Sequence record: OZ556245.1
DNA: 64,000 bases
Origin: a phage
Direction: 5' to 3' (one strand)
The notes beneath the pieces were generated by a model, which did no database searches, was not told where the DNA came from, and worked only from the letters and a program-made list of their open reading frames with translations. Below are positions 12,326 to 23,088 of the stretch, in pieces. The position numbers and the translations under genes are program-made. Numbering within the stretch: position 1 is the first letter of the stretch; each line of letters begins with the position of its first letter.

Positions 12326-13504
12326 TTAAAAATATTTTTTAAAACTCATCATAACTTTATCATCAACATCATTATCAATCTGTGCTACAAGGTAAGATGA
12401 AAGTTCTACTTCTTGTGGCGCGGATTGAACATTATCAGAATTAAGGTATTCACGAATCCAAGGATACGGATGTTTAACCGGAGCATCAGTAATTGGGCAT
12501 GGAAGACCACACTGTTTCATACGAGATACAGTTAAGTAATCAATAAAGTTCCACATGCTATTTGTATTTAATCCAGGAACATCGCCATCTTTAAATAAAT
12601 GAACTGCCCAGTCTTTTTCTTGACGGTTAACTTCCATGAAAATATCAACTGCTTCTTGTTCACACTCTTGGGCGATTTTAACCCATTCATCACCATCAGT
12701 GCCAAGTTGAAGTTGACGAATAATATATTGGGTGCCTTTAAGGTGAAGCTGCTCATCACGTGCAATGAACTTCATAATCTTGGCATTACCTTCCATGATT
12801 TCCATGTTCTTATGGAAGTTAAAGGTACATGCGAAAGATACATAAAAACGAATAGCTTCCAATGCGTTGATTACATGCAGACAAAGGTAAAGAGAACGCA
12901 TTAGTTCGTATTTGCATTCTTCTACATGCATAAGGCTATTTGAATATGCGTCCAAATCATATTCATTCTCTGAAAAACACCTAAAAATTTCTTTTGCGTT
13001 TTCCCATTCACGAGTTTTCTCAATAACATCATCATAATAACGACCAATAGATTCAGCACGTTTCATGATAGCTTTATCTAATACAATCTCATCAAATACC
13101 TTTGACGGATCAGTATAAAGATTTCGCATGATATGAGTATATGAACGACTGTGAATAGTTTCGCTAAAAGTCCATGTAGCAACCCATGTATCAAGGCTTG
13201 GATCTGAAATTAATGACATAAGTACAGCAGACGGTGCACGACCCTGAATGCTATCCAAAAGTGATTGATACTTCAGGTTATTAGTAAAAATATCTTGCTG
13301 ATACTGGGGAAGCTTGTTAAATTGTGCAGCATCCATCATCAAGTTTACTTCTTCAGGACGCCAGAAAAATGACAACTGCTTTTCGGTTAAATCTTCAAAA
13401 ACTTTATGACGTTGAATATCATAACGCGCAATACCAAGACCTGAACCGAAGAACATAGGTTCTTTTAAAACATCAACTGGATTTGTATTAAAAACTGTGC
13501 TCAT
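12326..13504 (-). CDS. nrdB: ribonucleotide reductase small subunit, uninterrupted
   Basis: 392-aa continuous ORF with class I RNR R2 features; no intron. Confidence 0.93.
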   Translation of the reverse strand: MSTVFNTNPVDVLKEPMFFGSGLGIARYDIQRHKVFEDLTEKQLSFFWRPEEVNLMMDAAQFNKLPQYQQDIFTNNLKYQSLLDSIQGRAPSAVLMSLISDPSLDTWVATWTFSETIHSRSYTHIMRNLYTDPSKVFDEIVLDKAIMKRAESIGRYYDDVIEKTREWENAKEIFRCFSENEYDLDAYSNSLMHVEECKYELMRSLYLCLHVINALEAIRFYVSFACTFNFHKNMEIMEGNAKIMKFIARDEQLHLKGTQYIIRQLQLGTDGDEWVKIAQECEQEAVDIFMEVNRQEKDWAVHLFKDGDVPGLNTNSMWNFIDYLTVSRMKQCGLPCPITDAPVKHPYPWIREYLNSDNVQSAPQEVELSSYLVAQIDNDVDDKVMMSFKKYF

Positions 13505-13555
13505 AAATTTTCCGCTTAGTTAATAGATAGTGACTCGTCCGTGAGTCAAATTATA

Positions 13556-15820
13556 TCATAATTTACAGGATGAACAATCTTCAGCTTTTGGAGTTTCTAT
13601 TTCATAATCATCAGTACCAGAACCGTCACGGGTATTATGATAATAGAAATTTTTTCCGCCAAAATACCAAAAATACAAAAGGTCATCAATCATTATTGAC
13701 ATTGGAACCTTTCCTTTTGGAAAAATCTGCGGGTCATAATATGTATTCGCTGAAGCTGATTGACACACCCATTTCAGCATAATAGCTACTTGCGTAAGAT
13801 AAGGTTTATTGCCTTTCTTAGCTAATTTCCATGTATAATCATAGAGGTCTATGTTGTGCTCAATATTGGGCACGACTTGATTAAAGGAGCCCTCTTTTGA
13901 TTCTTTAACAGAGACTGGTCCACGTGGAGGCTCGATACCGTTTGTACTGTTAGAAACTTGGGAAGATGACTCACATGGCATAAGTGCTGATAATGTGCTA
14001 TTACGGATGCCAAAGAGCTTAAGGTCTTCCCGCAGCGACGACCAGTCACAAACGTATTTTGGAGCTGCGATTTGGTCAATCTTTTTATTGTACCAGTCGA
14101 TAGGTAATTCGCCTCGAGACCAACGAGTGTCTGAATAATATTCGCAAGGTCCTTTTTCTTTGGCGAGCTTAATGGATGCTTTAATGAGTCCATACTGTAG
14201 TCTCTCAAATAGTTCATGTGTTAAATCGTTAGCATCTTCATAAGAAGCAAAATTACTTGCCAGCCAAGCTGCATAGTTAGTAACACCTACGCCAAGGTTT
14301 CGACGTTTTTTAGCTTTTTCTGCTTCAGGAACTGGATATCCTTGGTAATCCAAAAGATTATCAAGAGCACGAACTTGGACTTCTGCCAATTCATTAATTT
14401 TATCTTGGTCTTGCCAATCGAAGTTATCTAACACAAATGCAGATAACGTACACAATCCAATTTCAGCATCAGGACTATTCACATCATTTGTTGGAATAGC
14501 AATTTCACAACACAAGTTGCTCTGACGAATAGGTGCCTTTTCACGAATAAACGGAGTATAGTTATTCGTATTATCAATGAACTGTACATAAATCCTTGCT
14601 GTTCCTGAGCGTTCAGTCATGAGCAATTCAAACAGTTCACGGGCTTTAATACGCTTTTTACGAATATTAGGGTCTTTTTCTGCAGCTTCGTATAATTCAC
14701 GGAAACGGTCTTGGTCTTTAAAATAAGAATAGTAAAGTTCGCCACCCATTTCATGCGGACTGAACAAAGTAATGTAATCATTCTTTCCAAATCGTTCCAT
14801 CATCAAATCATTCAGCTGGACGCCATAATCCATATGACGAATGCGGTTTTCTTCTACACCTTTGTTATTTTTCAAAACGAGAAGATTTTCAACTTCCAAA
14901 TGCCAAATAGGATAATAAGCAGTAGCAGCGCCGCCACGAATTCCACCCTGTGAGCATGATTTAACAGCAGTCTGAAAATGTTTCCAAAAAGGAATAACAC
15001 CAGTATGGCGTACTTCACCTGTGCCAATCTTAGAACCTTCGGCACGAATCATACCAACGTTAATACCAATTCCAGCGCGTTTGGAGATATATTCAACAAT
15101 TGAAGCAGAAGCCTTATTGATAGACTTTAATGAATCACCTGCTTCAATAACAACGCATGAACTAAACTGCCGAGTTGGAGTACGGCAACCAGCCATAATA
15201 GGAGTTGGCAGTGAAATCTGTCGAGTAGATACTGCTTCATAAAAACGAATAACATGTTTTAATCTATCAACAGGTTCATCTTGATGCAATGCCATTCCAA
15301 TAGTCATAAATGCAAACTGTGGAGTTTCATAAATTTGACCAGTGGTTTTATCTTTAACTAGATATTTTTCTTTTAATTGCATCGCCCCGGAATAAGTAAA
15401 TTCCATATCCCGCTCGTGCTTAATTTTTGATTCTAAAAATGTAATTTCTTCTGCAGAATATTTTGATAACAGTTCAGGGTCATATTTACCTTCATTTACA
15501 CAGTAAGAAATATGGTCAATAAATGAACGTGGTTCATACTGCCCGTAGACATGCTTACGAAGAGCGAACATTAAACAGCGTGCAGCTACATATTGATAAT
15601 CAGGCTCTTCAACTGAAATAGAATTCGCAGCAGCCTTAATGACAATAGTCTGAATGTCATCAGTTGTCATTCCATCACGGAGATATGATTTAATATTTTC
15701 ATATAATTCATAAGGATCTACAGATGTTCCTTCAGCTGCCCAAGATAAAACTTTAATAATTTTTTGCGGGTCAAAGCTCTGAGAAACACCACTACTTTTG
15801 ATAACATTAATTAATTGCAT
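13556..15820 (-). CDS. nrdA: ribonucleotide reductase large subunit
   Basis: 754-aa ORF, class I RNR R1 (CEI/NLCCE-type active-site region, C-terminal CxxC tail). Confidence 0.95.
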   Translation of the reverse strand: MQLINVIKSSGVSQSFDPQKIIKVLSWAAEGTSVDPYELYENIKSYLRDGMTTDDIQTIVIKAAANSISVEEPDYQYVAARCLMFALRKHVYGQYEPRSFIDHISYCVNEGKYDPELLSKYSAEEITFLESKIKHERDMEFTYSGAMQLKEKYLVKDKTTGQIYETPQFAFMTIGMALHQDEPVDRLKHVIRFYEAVSTRQISLPTPIMAGCRTPTRQFSSCVVIEAGDSLKSINKASASIVEYISKRAGIGINVGMIRAEGSKIGTGEVRHTGVIPFWKHFQTAVKSCSQGGIRGGAATAYYPIWHLEVENLLVLKNNKGVEENRIRHMDYGVQLNDLMMERFGKNDYITLFSPHEMGGELYYSYFKDQDRFRELYEAAEKDPNIRKKRIKARELFELLMTERSGTARIYVQFIDNTNNYTPFIREKAPIRQSNLCCEIAIPTNDVNSPDAEIGLCTLSAFVLDNFDWQDQDKINELAEVQVRALDNLLDYQGYPVPEAEKAKKRRNLGVGVTNYAAWLASNFASYEDANDLTHELFERLQYGLIKASIKLAKEKGPCEYYSDTRWSRGELPIDWYNKKIDQIAAPKYVCDWSSLREDLKLFGIRNSTLSALMPCESSSQVSNSTNGIEPPRGPVSVKESKEGSFNQVVPNIEHNIDLYDYTWKLAKKGNKPYLTQVAIMLKWVCQSASANTYYDPQIFPKGKVPMSIMIDDLLYFWYFGGKNFYYHNTRDGSGTDDYEIETPKAEDCSSCKL

Positions 15821-16137
15821 AAGTCCTCAACTTGAAAATCGTCTTTAAACAATCGGTTAACTATATGAGCTATTATATCACCATGACACGGCTTTGGTTT
15901 ACATGTGCATCCTAGCCTCATTCCACGTAAAGGCTCTAAATGTGCTTTAGTTATTTCTCCGGATTTAATTCGACGTATAAAATCTTTTTTGAATAATTCA
16001 ATGGCAGCCTCCCGGCTGCCAGCATCTTTACCGACGTAATTTCCCCAAAATGTACCACGGTGAATATTAACATCAAAGTCGGATTTATATTTATTCACTA
16101 CCTGGCATAGACGGCCCGCGCGGTGATAATTCGTCAT
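15811..16137 (-). CDS. hypothetical protein (nrdA.1 position), Cys/His-containing
   Basis: 108-aa ORF with [12 protein letters not shown] motif. Confidence 0.5.
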   Translation of the reverse strand: MTNYHRAGRLCQVVNKYKSDFDVNIHRGTFWGNYVGKDAGSREAAIELFKKDFIRRIKSGEITKAHLEPLRGMRLGCTCKPKPCHGDIIAHIVNRLFKDDFQVEDLCN

Positions 16138-16366
16138 ATTGTTTTTCCGTTAAAACAGTAATATCATAATAACAGTCAGAAGAAGTTTTAACTGTGGAAA
16201 TTTTATTATCAAAATACTCACGAGTCATTTTATGAGTATAATATTTTTTGCCATAAATGATAATAGGCTGATTTGGTCCTGGAACTTCTAACTCGCTTGG
16301 ATTAGGAAGTGTAAAAAGAACTACACCAGAAGTATCCTTAAATCGTAAAATCATATATCCTCTCAA
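16091..16366 (-). CDS. hypothetical protein (nrdA.2 position)
   Basis: 91-aa ORF. Confidence 0.5.
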   Translation of the reverse strand: MRGYMILRFKDTSGVVLFTLPNPSELEVPGPNQPIIIYGKKYYTHKMTREYFDNKISTVKTSSDCYYDITVLTEKQYDELSPRGPSMPGSE

Positions 16367-16377
16367 TTAAATTAAAA

Positions 16378-17237
16378 TTACACCGCCATCTTTCCTTTAA
16401 TTGGCGGGTGAGATACATAGTTGTTAAGAACAAAATTATGCGGCTTTGCGAATTGACTCAACCAAAATACCTGCGATTCTGTGTCCCATTCATCAAATTC
16501 ATCTGGAAATTTTAATTGTAATTCGCATAAATCCATAGGTTCACGACGCAAAATTTCTTTACATTGTTCTACGTGATTCATATAGATATGAGTATTACCA
16601 CCAGAAAATATCAAATCTCCTGGAATAAGATTACACATCTTAGCTACAATATGAACTAACGTAGCATATGATGCAATATTAAATGGAAGACCGAGGAAAA
16701 CATCTACCGAACGTTGATACCACTGCAAATCCAAATAGCCATTACGCACATTAAATTGATAGAACATATGACAAGGTGGTAATGCCATTTGCTTGAGTTC
16801 AGCTGGATTCCATGCTGAAACAATTTGACGTCTATCATTTGGCAGTTTTTTAATACGATCAACAACTTCTATAATTTGGTCTACACCACCAAAATCACGC
16901 CACTGTTTTCCATAAATTGGACCAAGTTCACCACTATGGTATCCTAAATCTTTTGCTTGATTTTCGTAATTTTCATCCCAGACTGTTTTGCCTTGAATTA
17001 ATGAATCATGTTGAATTAATCGCAAATCATTGACATTTGTGCTTCCCGATAAAAACCATATTAGCTCAGCAATGCAAGCTTTCCAGGCAAGCTTCTTAGT
17101 CGTTACTGCAGGAAAACCTTTAGTTAAATCCCAGCGTAATTTAGTACCGAACAAAGCAATTGTTCCTGTGCCTGTTCGGTCATCGGTTTCATAACCGTTT
17201 TCCAGGATATCTTTAATTAAAAATTGGTATTGTTTCA

Positions 17238-17238
<1 letters not shown>
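16378..17238 (-). CDS. td: thymidylate synthase, uninterrupted
   Basis: 286 aa from MKQYQ; ThyA motifs (PPCH, sequence around the catalytic Cys); track ORF starts 4 codons upstream at a TTG. Confidence 0.93.
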
Positions 17239-18263
<1,025 letters not shown>

Positions 18264-18279
<16 letters not shown>

Positions 18280-18623
18280 TGAAAAGGGCCAGGAACATAT
18301 CCGCTAGAGTTAACCATTTTAACTAAAGTTACCATTCCTCTGTTAACTGCTTGCGCGATTTCATCAAAAACTTCGTCACTATCATCGTAAAGGTCATTAA
18401 AAAGTTCTAATACGTTCTTCTGAACTTTTAATTTACGGCCGACAATTTCGCCTACAGTAAATTCGTTTCCGCCAAATCCAGCGTAAAATGTAATTACACC
18501 CATTAACTGGCTTTCACGGGAATCTATGTCGTGTGATAAATTAATAAAAGCCGTCCCAGGCGCGGTTTTAAGTTGGCAACGAATTTTTACTTGGGTAATT
18601 CCAGTTATATGAATGTTAGACAT
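18264..18623 (-). CDS. hypothetical protein (frd.2 position)
   Basis: 119-aa ORF. Confidence 0.5.
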
Positions 18624-18633
18624 AATATTTTTC

Positions 18634-18876
18634 TCAAACAGACTTTTTCACAATTTTCCAATCAGCTTTAAACTGATCAACATCAGAATGATAAATCCAG
18701 AATCCTGCGCTTTCTCCATCCTCATAAAGAGAGCATCCATCACATTCATCTTCCCATCCCATATCACGCAAAAGACGTTCAGCTTTTTCAACAAGTTCAG
18801 AATCTTTACCGATGATATTAAAATACCATTTACCTCTAACTTCTGAATCTTTAATGCTCTGACGTTGTAATCTCAT
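18634..18876 (-). CDS. hypothetical protein (frd.3 position)
   Basis: 80-aa ORF. Confidence 0.5.
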   Translation of the reverse strand: MRLQRQSIKDSEVRGKWYFNIIGKDSELVEKAERLLRDMGWEDECDGCSLYEDGESAGFWIYHSDVDQFKADWKIVKKSV

Positions 18877-19014
18877 TTTATTCTCCTTAGCAAGCTTTAA
18901 TCAAAAGGTATAAGCAAACTAACATAACTGCTGCCATAATATAAGGTGCGAACATTTTCTTTTCTCCATTAGTTTTGATAGGGTAATAGTATCACACTAC
19001 TACCCTTCTGTAAA

Positions 19015-19395
19015 CTACTTTTTGAAAGTTTTTCGCAAAAGTTCAATGATTTCGTCTACATTGTTTTCGTCAACAATGCAATGAATTTTTGTTACGCCAG
19101 AAACCTTGTCTTTGACTTCATCTTCTTCAGAAGTCGGTTCTTTATACTCACGAAAACAATGAAATTCATCTTCGCAAATTTCTAAAAGTCTATCTTTGAG
19201 GTAAAAATGCTTTCCATTTGCGCATTCAATGTGTTTTACTGCTTTAAATCCATTAGCAAAGAAAACTTCTTTAACTTCAAACCACCCGCCATTTTCTCGA
19301 ATAATTTTAACTATTGACGTGTTGGATCGTGGGCTATAATTAATAAATGTATCAATAAGTCTTGGAACAAGTTCATACTTTTTGCCAATATACAT
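19015..19395 (-). CDS. hypothetical protein
   Basis: 126-aa ORF between a hairpin and an early-promoter-like element. Confidence 0.5.
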   Translation of the reverse strand: MYIGKKYELVPRLIDTFINYSPRSNTSIVKIIRENGGWFEVKEVFFANGFKAVKHIECANGKHFYLKDRLLEICEDEFHCFREYKEPTSEEDEVKDKVSGVTKIHCIVDENNVDEIIELLRKTFKK

Positions 19396-19439
19396 TACGT
19401 TTTCCTCATTTTAACGGGGCTGTAATAGCCCCTTGATAA

Positions 19440-19670
19440 TTATTGTTCAATCAATCCCATGTAAAATTCTGCGTCTTCAGAATCCATGCCGTCACAATAC
19501 TCATTAGCCATAAAGCGGGTGAGGTCTTCAAGAGGACCTTCAATGACAATAGAAAAATTGCAATAATTGGGATCATCGTGAATACTTGTGATACTAAGTT
19601 CAGGATAACGATTACGAATAATTTCTTCAATATATTCAAAATCAACGATGTCAATATCAACTTTAGCCAT
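19440..19670 (-). CDS. small acidic protein (start taken at MAKVDIDIV)
   Basis: ~76 aa; AGAGGAAAG Shine-Dalgarno upstream of the second ATG; early promoter upstream. Confidence 0.5.
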   Translation of the reverse strand: MAKVDIDIVDFEYIEEIIRNRYPELSITSIHDDPNYCNFSIVIEGPLEDLTRFMANEYCDGMDSEDAEFYMGLIEQ

Positions 19671-19712
19671 ATTACTTTCCTCTTTAATCATCAGCAGTAT
19701 TGCCGATAGTTG

Positions 19713-19743
19713 TATAGTACCATAAAGCTTTATGCTTGTAAAC
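19713..19743 (-). promoter_or_regulatory. early sigma70-type promoter (-35 GTTTACA, -10 TAnnnT)
   Basis: Minus-strand GTTTACA and extended -10 with ~17-bp spacing plus A/T-rich upstream tract. Confidence 0.55.
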
Positions 19744-19764
19744 CGTTTTGTGAAAAATTTTTGA

Positions 19765-19792
19765 AATAAAAAAGGGGACCTCTAGGGTCCCC
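19765..19792 (-). terminator. rho-independent terminator downstream of gene 32
   Basis: GGGGACC-TCTA-GGGTCCCC hairpin followed on the minus strand by a U-run. Confidence 0.6.
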
Positions 19793-19814
19793 AATTAATT
19801 AGTAATATAATCTA

Positions 19815-20723
19815 TTAAAGGTCATTCAAAAGGTCATCCAGGTCCGTGTCATCAGCACTAGATGAACTGCCAGAGCTTGAGCTCATAAAATCATCTTCAG
19901 TTTTTGTATTGAAGTCATCAACATTGAATGCATCCAAATCATCAGCAACTTTATCAGCTTTCTTAGCGGCAGTCGCTGCGGCACCACCCATAGCAGCAGT
20001 TCCCATAACTTGACTGAACTTAGTGCTCAGTTCTTCAAACGATTTGAATTTATCTTTAGAAGTCATTTCAGAAAGGTCAACCATTTGTTCAAACAGTTCT
20101 TTCTGGAAAGATTCATCATCAATGTTTGGAATCGCAGATTGATTCAGGAATTTAGATTCGTCGTAGTTACTAAAACCAGAAACTTGTTTAACTTTCAGTA
20201 CAAAGTTAGCACCTTCCCACGGACAAGTTACATCAACCGGAGTTTCACCCATTTCAACATCAACTGCAATCATTGCATTGATTTTATCCCAGATTTTCTT
20301 GCCGAAACGGTATTTAAATACTTTACCTTCATTTTCTGGAGCAGCTGGGTCTTTTACTACAAGAATGTTAGCCCAGTAAGAAGTTTTACGTTTAACAAGA
20401 CCGTACTCTTTATTGTCAGTGTTGTACAAATCATTTTTACTGATATACTGACATACTGGGCAAGAATCGTAATCACCGTGGGTAGATGAACAGTTTTCAA
20501 TATACCATTTACCATTTTTCTTGAAACCGTGATTTACAAGAATTGCGAATGGTGCTTGTTCATCATTTTTAGACGGAAGAAAACGAATTACTGCTTGACC
20601 GTTACCCGCATTGTCGAGTTTCAGTTTCCACTCGCCTTTATCTTCAGAAGAAAAACCACCTTTGTTTCCAGCCAGTTTAGCCATTTGTGCAGCGAGTTCA
20701 GCAGTAGATTTACGTTTAAACAT
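19815..20723 (-). CDS. 32: gp32 single-stranded DNA-binding protein
   Basis: 302-aa ORF starting [17 protein letters not shown] with acidic C-terminal tail ([12 protein letters not shown]). Confidence 0.95.
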   Translation of the reverse strand: MFKRKSTAELAAQMAKLAGNKGGFSSEDKGEWKLKLDNAGNGQAVIRFLPSKNDEQAPFAILVNHGFKKNGKWYIENCSSTHGDYDSCPVCQYISKNDLYNTDNKEYGLVKRKTSYWANILVVKDPAAPENEGKVFKYRFGKKIWDKINAMIAVDVEMGETPVDVTCPWEGANFVLKVKQVSGFSNYDESKFLNQSAIPNIDDESFQKELFEQMVDLSEMTSKDKFKSFEELSTKFSQVMGTAAMGGAAATAAKKADKVADDLDAFNVDDFNTKTEDDFMSSSSGSSSSADDTDLDDLLNDL

Positions 20724-20800
20724 TTTTATTTCCTTTTTAATTTAATTAACAGTTGGTGCTATGACGATGTATGACCTCATAGCTGGTCAGTGAGATAATT
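20724..20800 (-). promoter_or_regulatory. gene 32 mRNA leader: candidate translational operator (structured element plus A/U-rich tract)
   Basis: Leader ...GAGGUCAUACAUCGUCAUAGCACCAACUGUUAAUUAAAUUAAAAAGGAAAUAAAAAUG with overlapping complementary segments. Confidence 0.5.
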
Positions 20801-20806
20801 ATAATC

Positions 20807-20814
20807 TATTTATA
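20807..20814 (-). promoter_or_regulatory. late-promoter-like TATAAATA upstream of gene 32
   Basis: Reverse complement of tatttata ~85 nt upstream of gene 32 ATG. Confidence 0.4.
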
Positions 20815-20822
20815 ATAAGCAA

Positions 20823-21476
20823 TTAATACTTGCAAGATTTCACAGTTTCAATAAAAACACTTTTAGCTTTCTGTGAATCAATATTTAAAATTTTTCTATA
20901 AGCCTTTAACTTTATAGAATAATTATTCCAGACTAAATTATCAGTCTGTTCATCATGTTTATCGATTATATTTAAAAACGAATCAAGCAAGATAAACGTC
21001 TCAAACGAAATTATATTCGATTGAAGTAGTTTAAAAATATAACTTGATTGAACTTTTGGATTATACTCAAAGATTTCTTTAAAAGCAGAAACTTCAACTT
21101 TTTTACTAAAATAATAAATGTTGCGAATATCTTCTTCAAACTTAAATTTAATTTGCTTTAAGCGTCCGATATATTCACGATAAAACACAAGTGCATCAGC
21201 GTCAGAGATGTCACCAATCCAAGCATCTTGGTTAGCAACAAGATTGCTTATAAAGATTAAAGCAAGTTCCTTTAATTTATATTTTTCTGATAACTTCTGG
21301 AAAAAATACTTATCCCTTCGCTTTTGATAAGCGGCATCAGACACCCGCATGCACCAATTATACTTAATTACATCATACTTTCCATTCATATGTTGTTTTA
21401 TCATTAAGTATAATTTATAAACTGATTTACCATCAATGTATCTTTCACCACCAGCAGGCATGCGGAGTTTAATCAT
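20823..21476 (-). CDS. 59: gp59 helicase loader
   Basis: 217-aa ORF starting MIKLRMPAGGERYIDGKSVYKLYLM; synteny. Confidence 0.9.
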   Translation of the reverse strand: MIKLRMPAGGERYIDGKSVYKLYLMIKQHMNGKYDVIKYNWCMRVSDAAYQKRRDKYFFQKLSEKYKLKELALIFISNLVANQDAWIGDISDADALVFYREYIGRLKQIKFKFEEDIRNIYYFSKKVEVSAFKEIFEYNPKVQSSYIFKLLQSNIISFETFILLDSFLNIIDKHDEQTDNLVWNNYSIKLKAYRKILNIDSQKAKSVFIETVKSCKY

Positions 21477-21811
21477 AGTAGAAAATCTAATGTATTAGTT
21501 TTTTCACAACGAACAACAGAAGGACGTAAAAGATTTTCGTCAATAGCTTCTGACTGAATTTTTTCAATTATACCCGAAGGAATAAATTTAGCAAATTGAG
21601 TTTCAGGAATAGAATTTTCTTCTAAGAATGCTGTTGTAGCTTCAAGATAACTCATTCCAAACTCTTCTACCATTTTTTCAATAATAAATCCATTTTCTTG
21701 GCGGTCAAGAAGCTTTGCAATTTCATCCTTTTCTTTCTTAATTGAAAGTTCTTTTTCTGAAAGACCGGTCTCATCGACCGGACGAATATCATTTAGAGAA
21801 AACTGTGTCAT
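21473..21811 (-). CDS. 33: gp33 late transcription co-activator
   Basis: ~112 aa from MTQFSLNDIRP; overlaps dsbA 3' end. Confidence 0.85.
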   Translation of the reverse strand: MTQFSLNDIRPVDETGLSEKELSIKKEKDEIAKLLDRQENGFIIEKMVEEFGMSYLEATTAFLEENSIPETQFAKFIPSGIIEKIQSEAIDENLLRPSVVRCEKTNTLDFLL

Positions 21812-22058
21812 AAAGTTCAACTACCTCTTCAGTTTCAGCTTCAAACACATCACGGTTATCTTTATGATACAAAGCTAACAGACGATTAAACATCTTGCCA
21901 TCAACACCAAGTTCATCTTTGGCACGAATTCGAATATCTTTAATCAATTCATTATAACCAGAAATTTTCAGTTTATGATCAGATGCTTCTTTAATAAATT
22001 TAGCCAAGTCTTCACCATGGATAGCTTCATCAAATTCAACCATTTCTTTTTTAGCCAT
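21789..22058 (-). CDS. dsbA: DsbA dsDNA-binding late transcription enhancer
   Basis: 89-aa ORF; length and synteny. Confidence 0.75.
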   Translation of the reverse strand: MAKKEMVEFDEAIHGEDLAKFIKEASDHKLKISGYNELIKDIRIRAKDELGVDGKMFNRLLALYHKDNRDVFEAETEEVVELYDTVFSK

Positions 22059-22066
22059 TATTCACC

Positions 22067-22984
22067 TCAAAATTCATTAATGCTATTAGTTAATTTAGAA
22101 AGACCCGCTTTTACAAAATATGAATAAATTTTGCCACGCGGTGGTAATTTATATGAATTATAGTAATTCACAATGTTTGAAGCAATATTATCAGGAATAT
22201 AATCAAAATCAATTAGAACTAAATTTTCTTTATAACGATTATATTCAGATTCTGTGAGAAGCACCTTAGCTTGCTCGCGGTCATTAGCAATAGCTTCAAC
22301 AATAGAGGTTTTCATTGAAGGAGTTCGTTCACCTTCAACTCTGGTAAACCAAAAGTCAGATCGTACTTTAACTGAAGCAACGTTATCCTTTTTGTCGCCT
22401 TTAAGGATTTTAGTCATACAGTCAATTTCAGCAGAACCGCTTTTAATTTTAACCCATTTCTTGTGCATCGGTGACCATTGCTTAACATTTGGGTATTTGT
22501 GAAGTTGAGTAAAGTCACCATCCGACGAAATGATTAAAATCTTATGTCCTTCTAAAGAGAACTTTTTAACAAGAACAGCAATATGGTCATCTGCTTCATA
22601 CTTATCAATATCCATAACGATGTATGGCATATAAGCTTTCAATTCATCTATAACTTTATGACTGGATTCAAAATAACCTTCCCAGTCCCAAGTAGATTCT
22701 TCTCGTGCTTTTCCGCGGTTTTTCTTATAATAATAAGCGAAATCACGACGCCAGTATCCAGATTTCGCGTTATCAATACACAATACAATTTTAGTGTATC
22801 CAAGAGTTTTTGCTTTTTTAACATTGAACTTAATTGAGTTCAATATCAAATGACGAACCATTGATAAATTAATTTTTTCTTTATCTGGGAAGTTTACCAG
22901 AGCAGTTGAAAGCGCAATCTGACTAAAGTCAATTAAGCAAATTCCTTCTTTGTAATCTTCATCCAGCATCATTTCTAAATCCAT
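22067..22984 (-). CDS. rnh: RNase H (5'-3' exonuclease, FEN-like)
   Basis: ~305 aa from MDLEMMLDEDYKEGICLIDFSQIALS; track ORF starts 5 codons upstream. Confidence 0.9.
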   Translation of the reverse strand: MDLEMMLDEDYKEGICLIDFSQIALSTALVNFPDKEKINLSMVRHLILNSIKFNVKKAKTLGYTKIVLCIDNAKSGYWRRDFAYYYKKNRGKAREESTWDWEGYFESSHKVIDELKAYMPYIVMDIDKYEADDHIAVLVKKFSLEGHKILIISSDGDFTQLHKYPNVKQWSPMHKKWVKIKSGSAEIDCMTKILKGDKKDNVASVKVRSDFWFTRVEGERTPSMKTSIVEAIANDREQAKVLLTESEYNRYKENLVLIDFDYIPDNIASNIVNYYNSYKLPPRGKIYSYFVKAGLSKLTNSINEF

Positions 22985-23046
22985 ATGAACCTCGTTCAAT
23001 TAGTGAGATTTCTATTATATACTATCTAAATCTTAAAGTAAACAAG

Positions 23047-23054
23047 TATAAATA
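23047..23054 (+). promoter_or_regulatory. late promoter (TATAAATA) for gene 34
   Basis: Exact TATAAATA ~35 nt upstream of gene 34 ATG. Confidence 0.7.
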
Positions 23055-23088
23055 CTTATTATTGAAAACACAATAGGAGCCCGGGAGA

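Noticed and set aside
20010-20489. Plus-strand 159-aa ORF
   Set aside because: Antisense within gene 32; low-complexity, frame-shadow composition.
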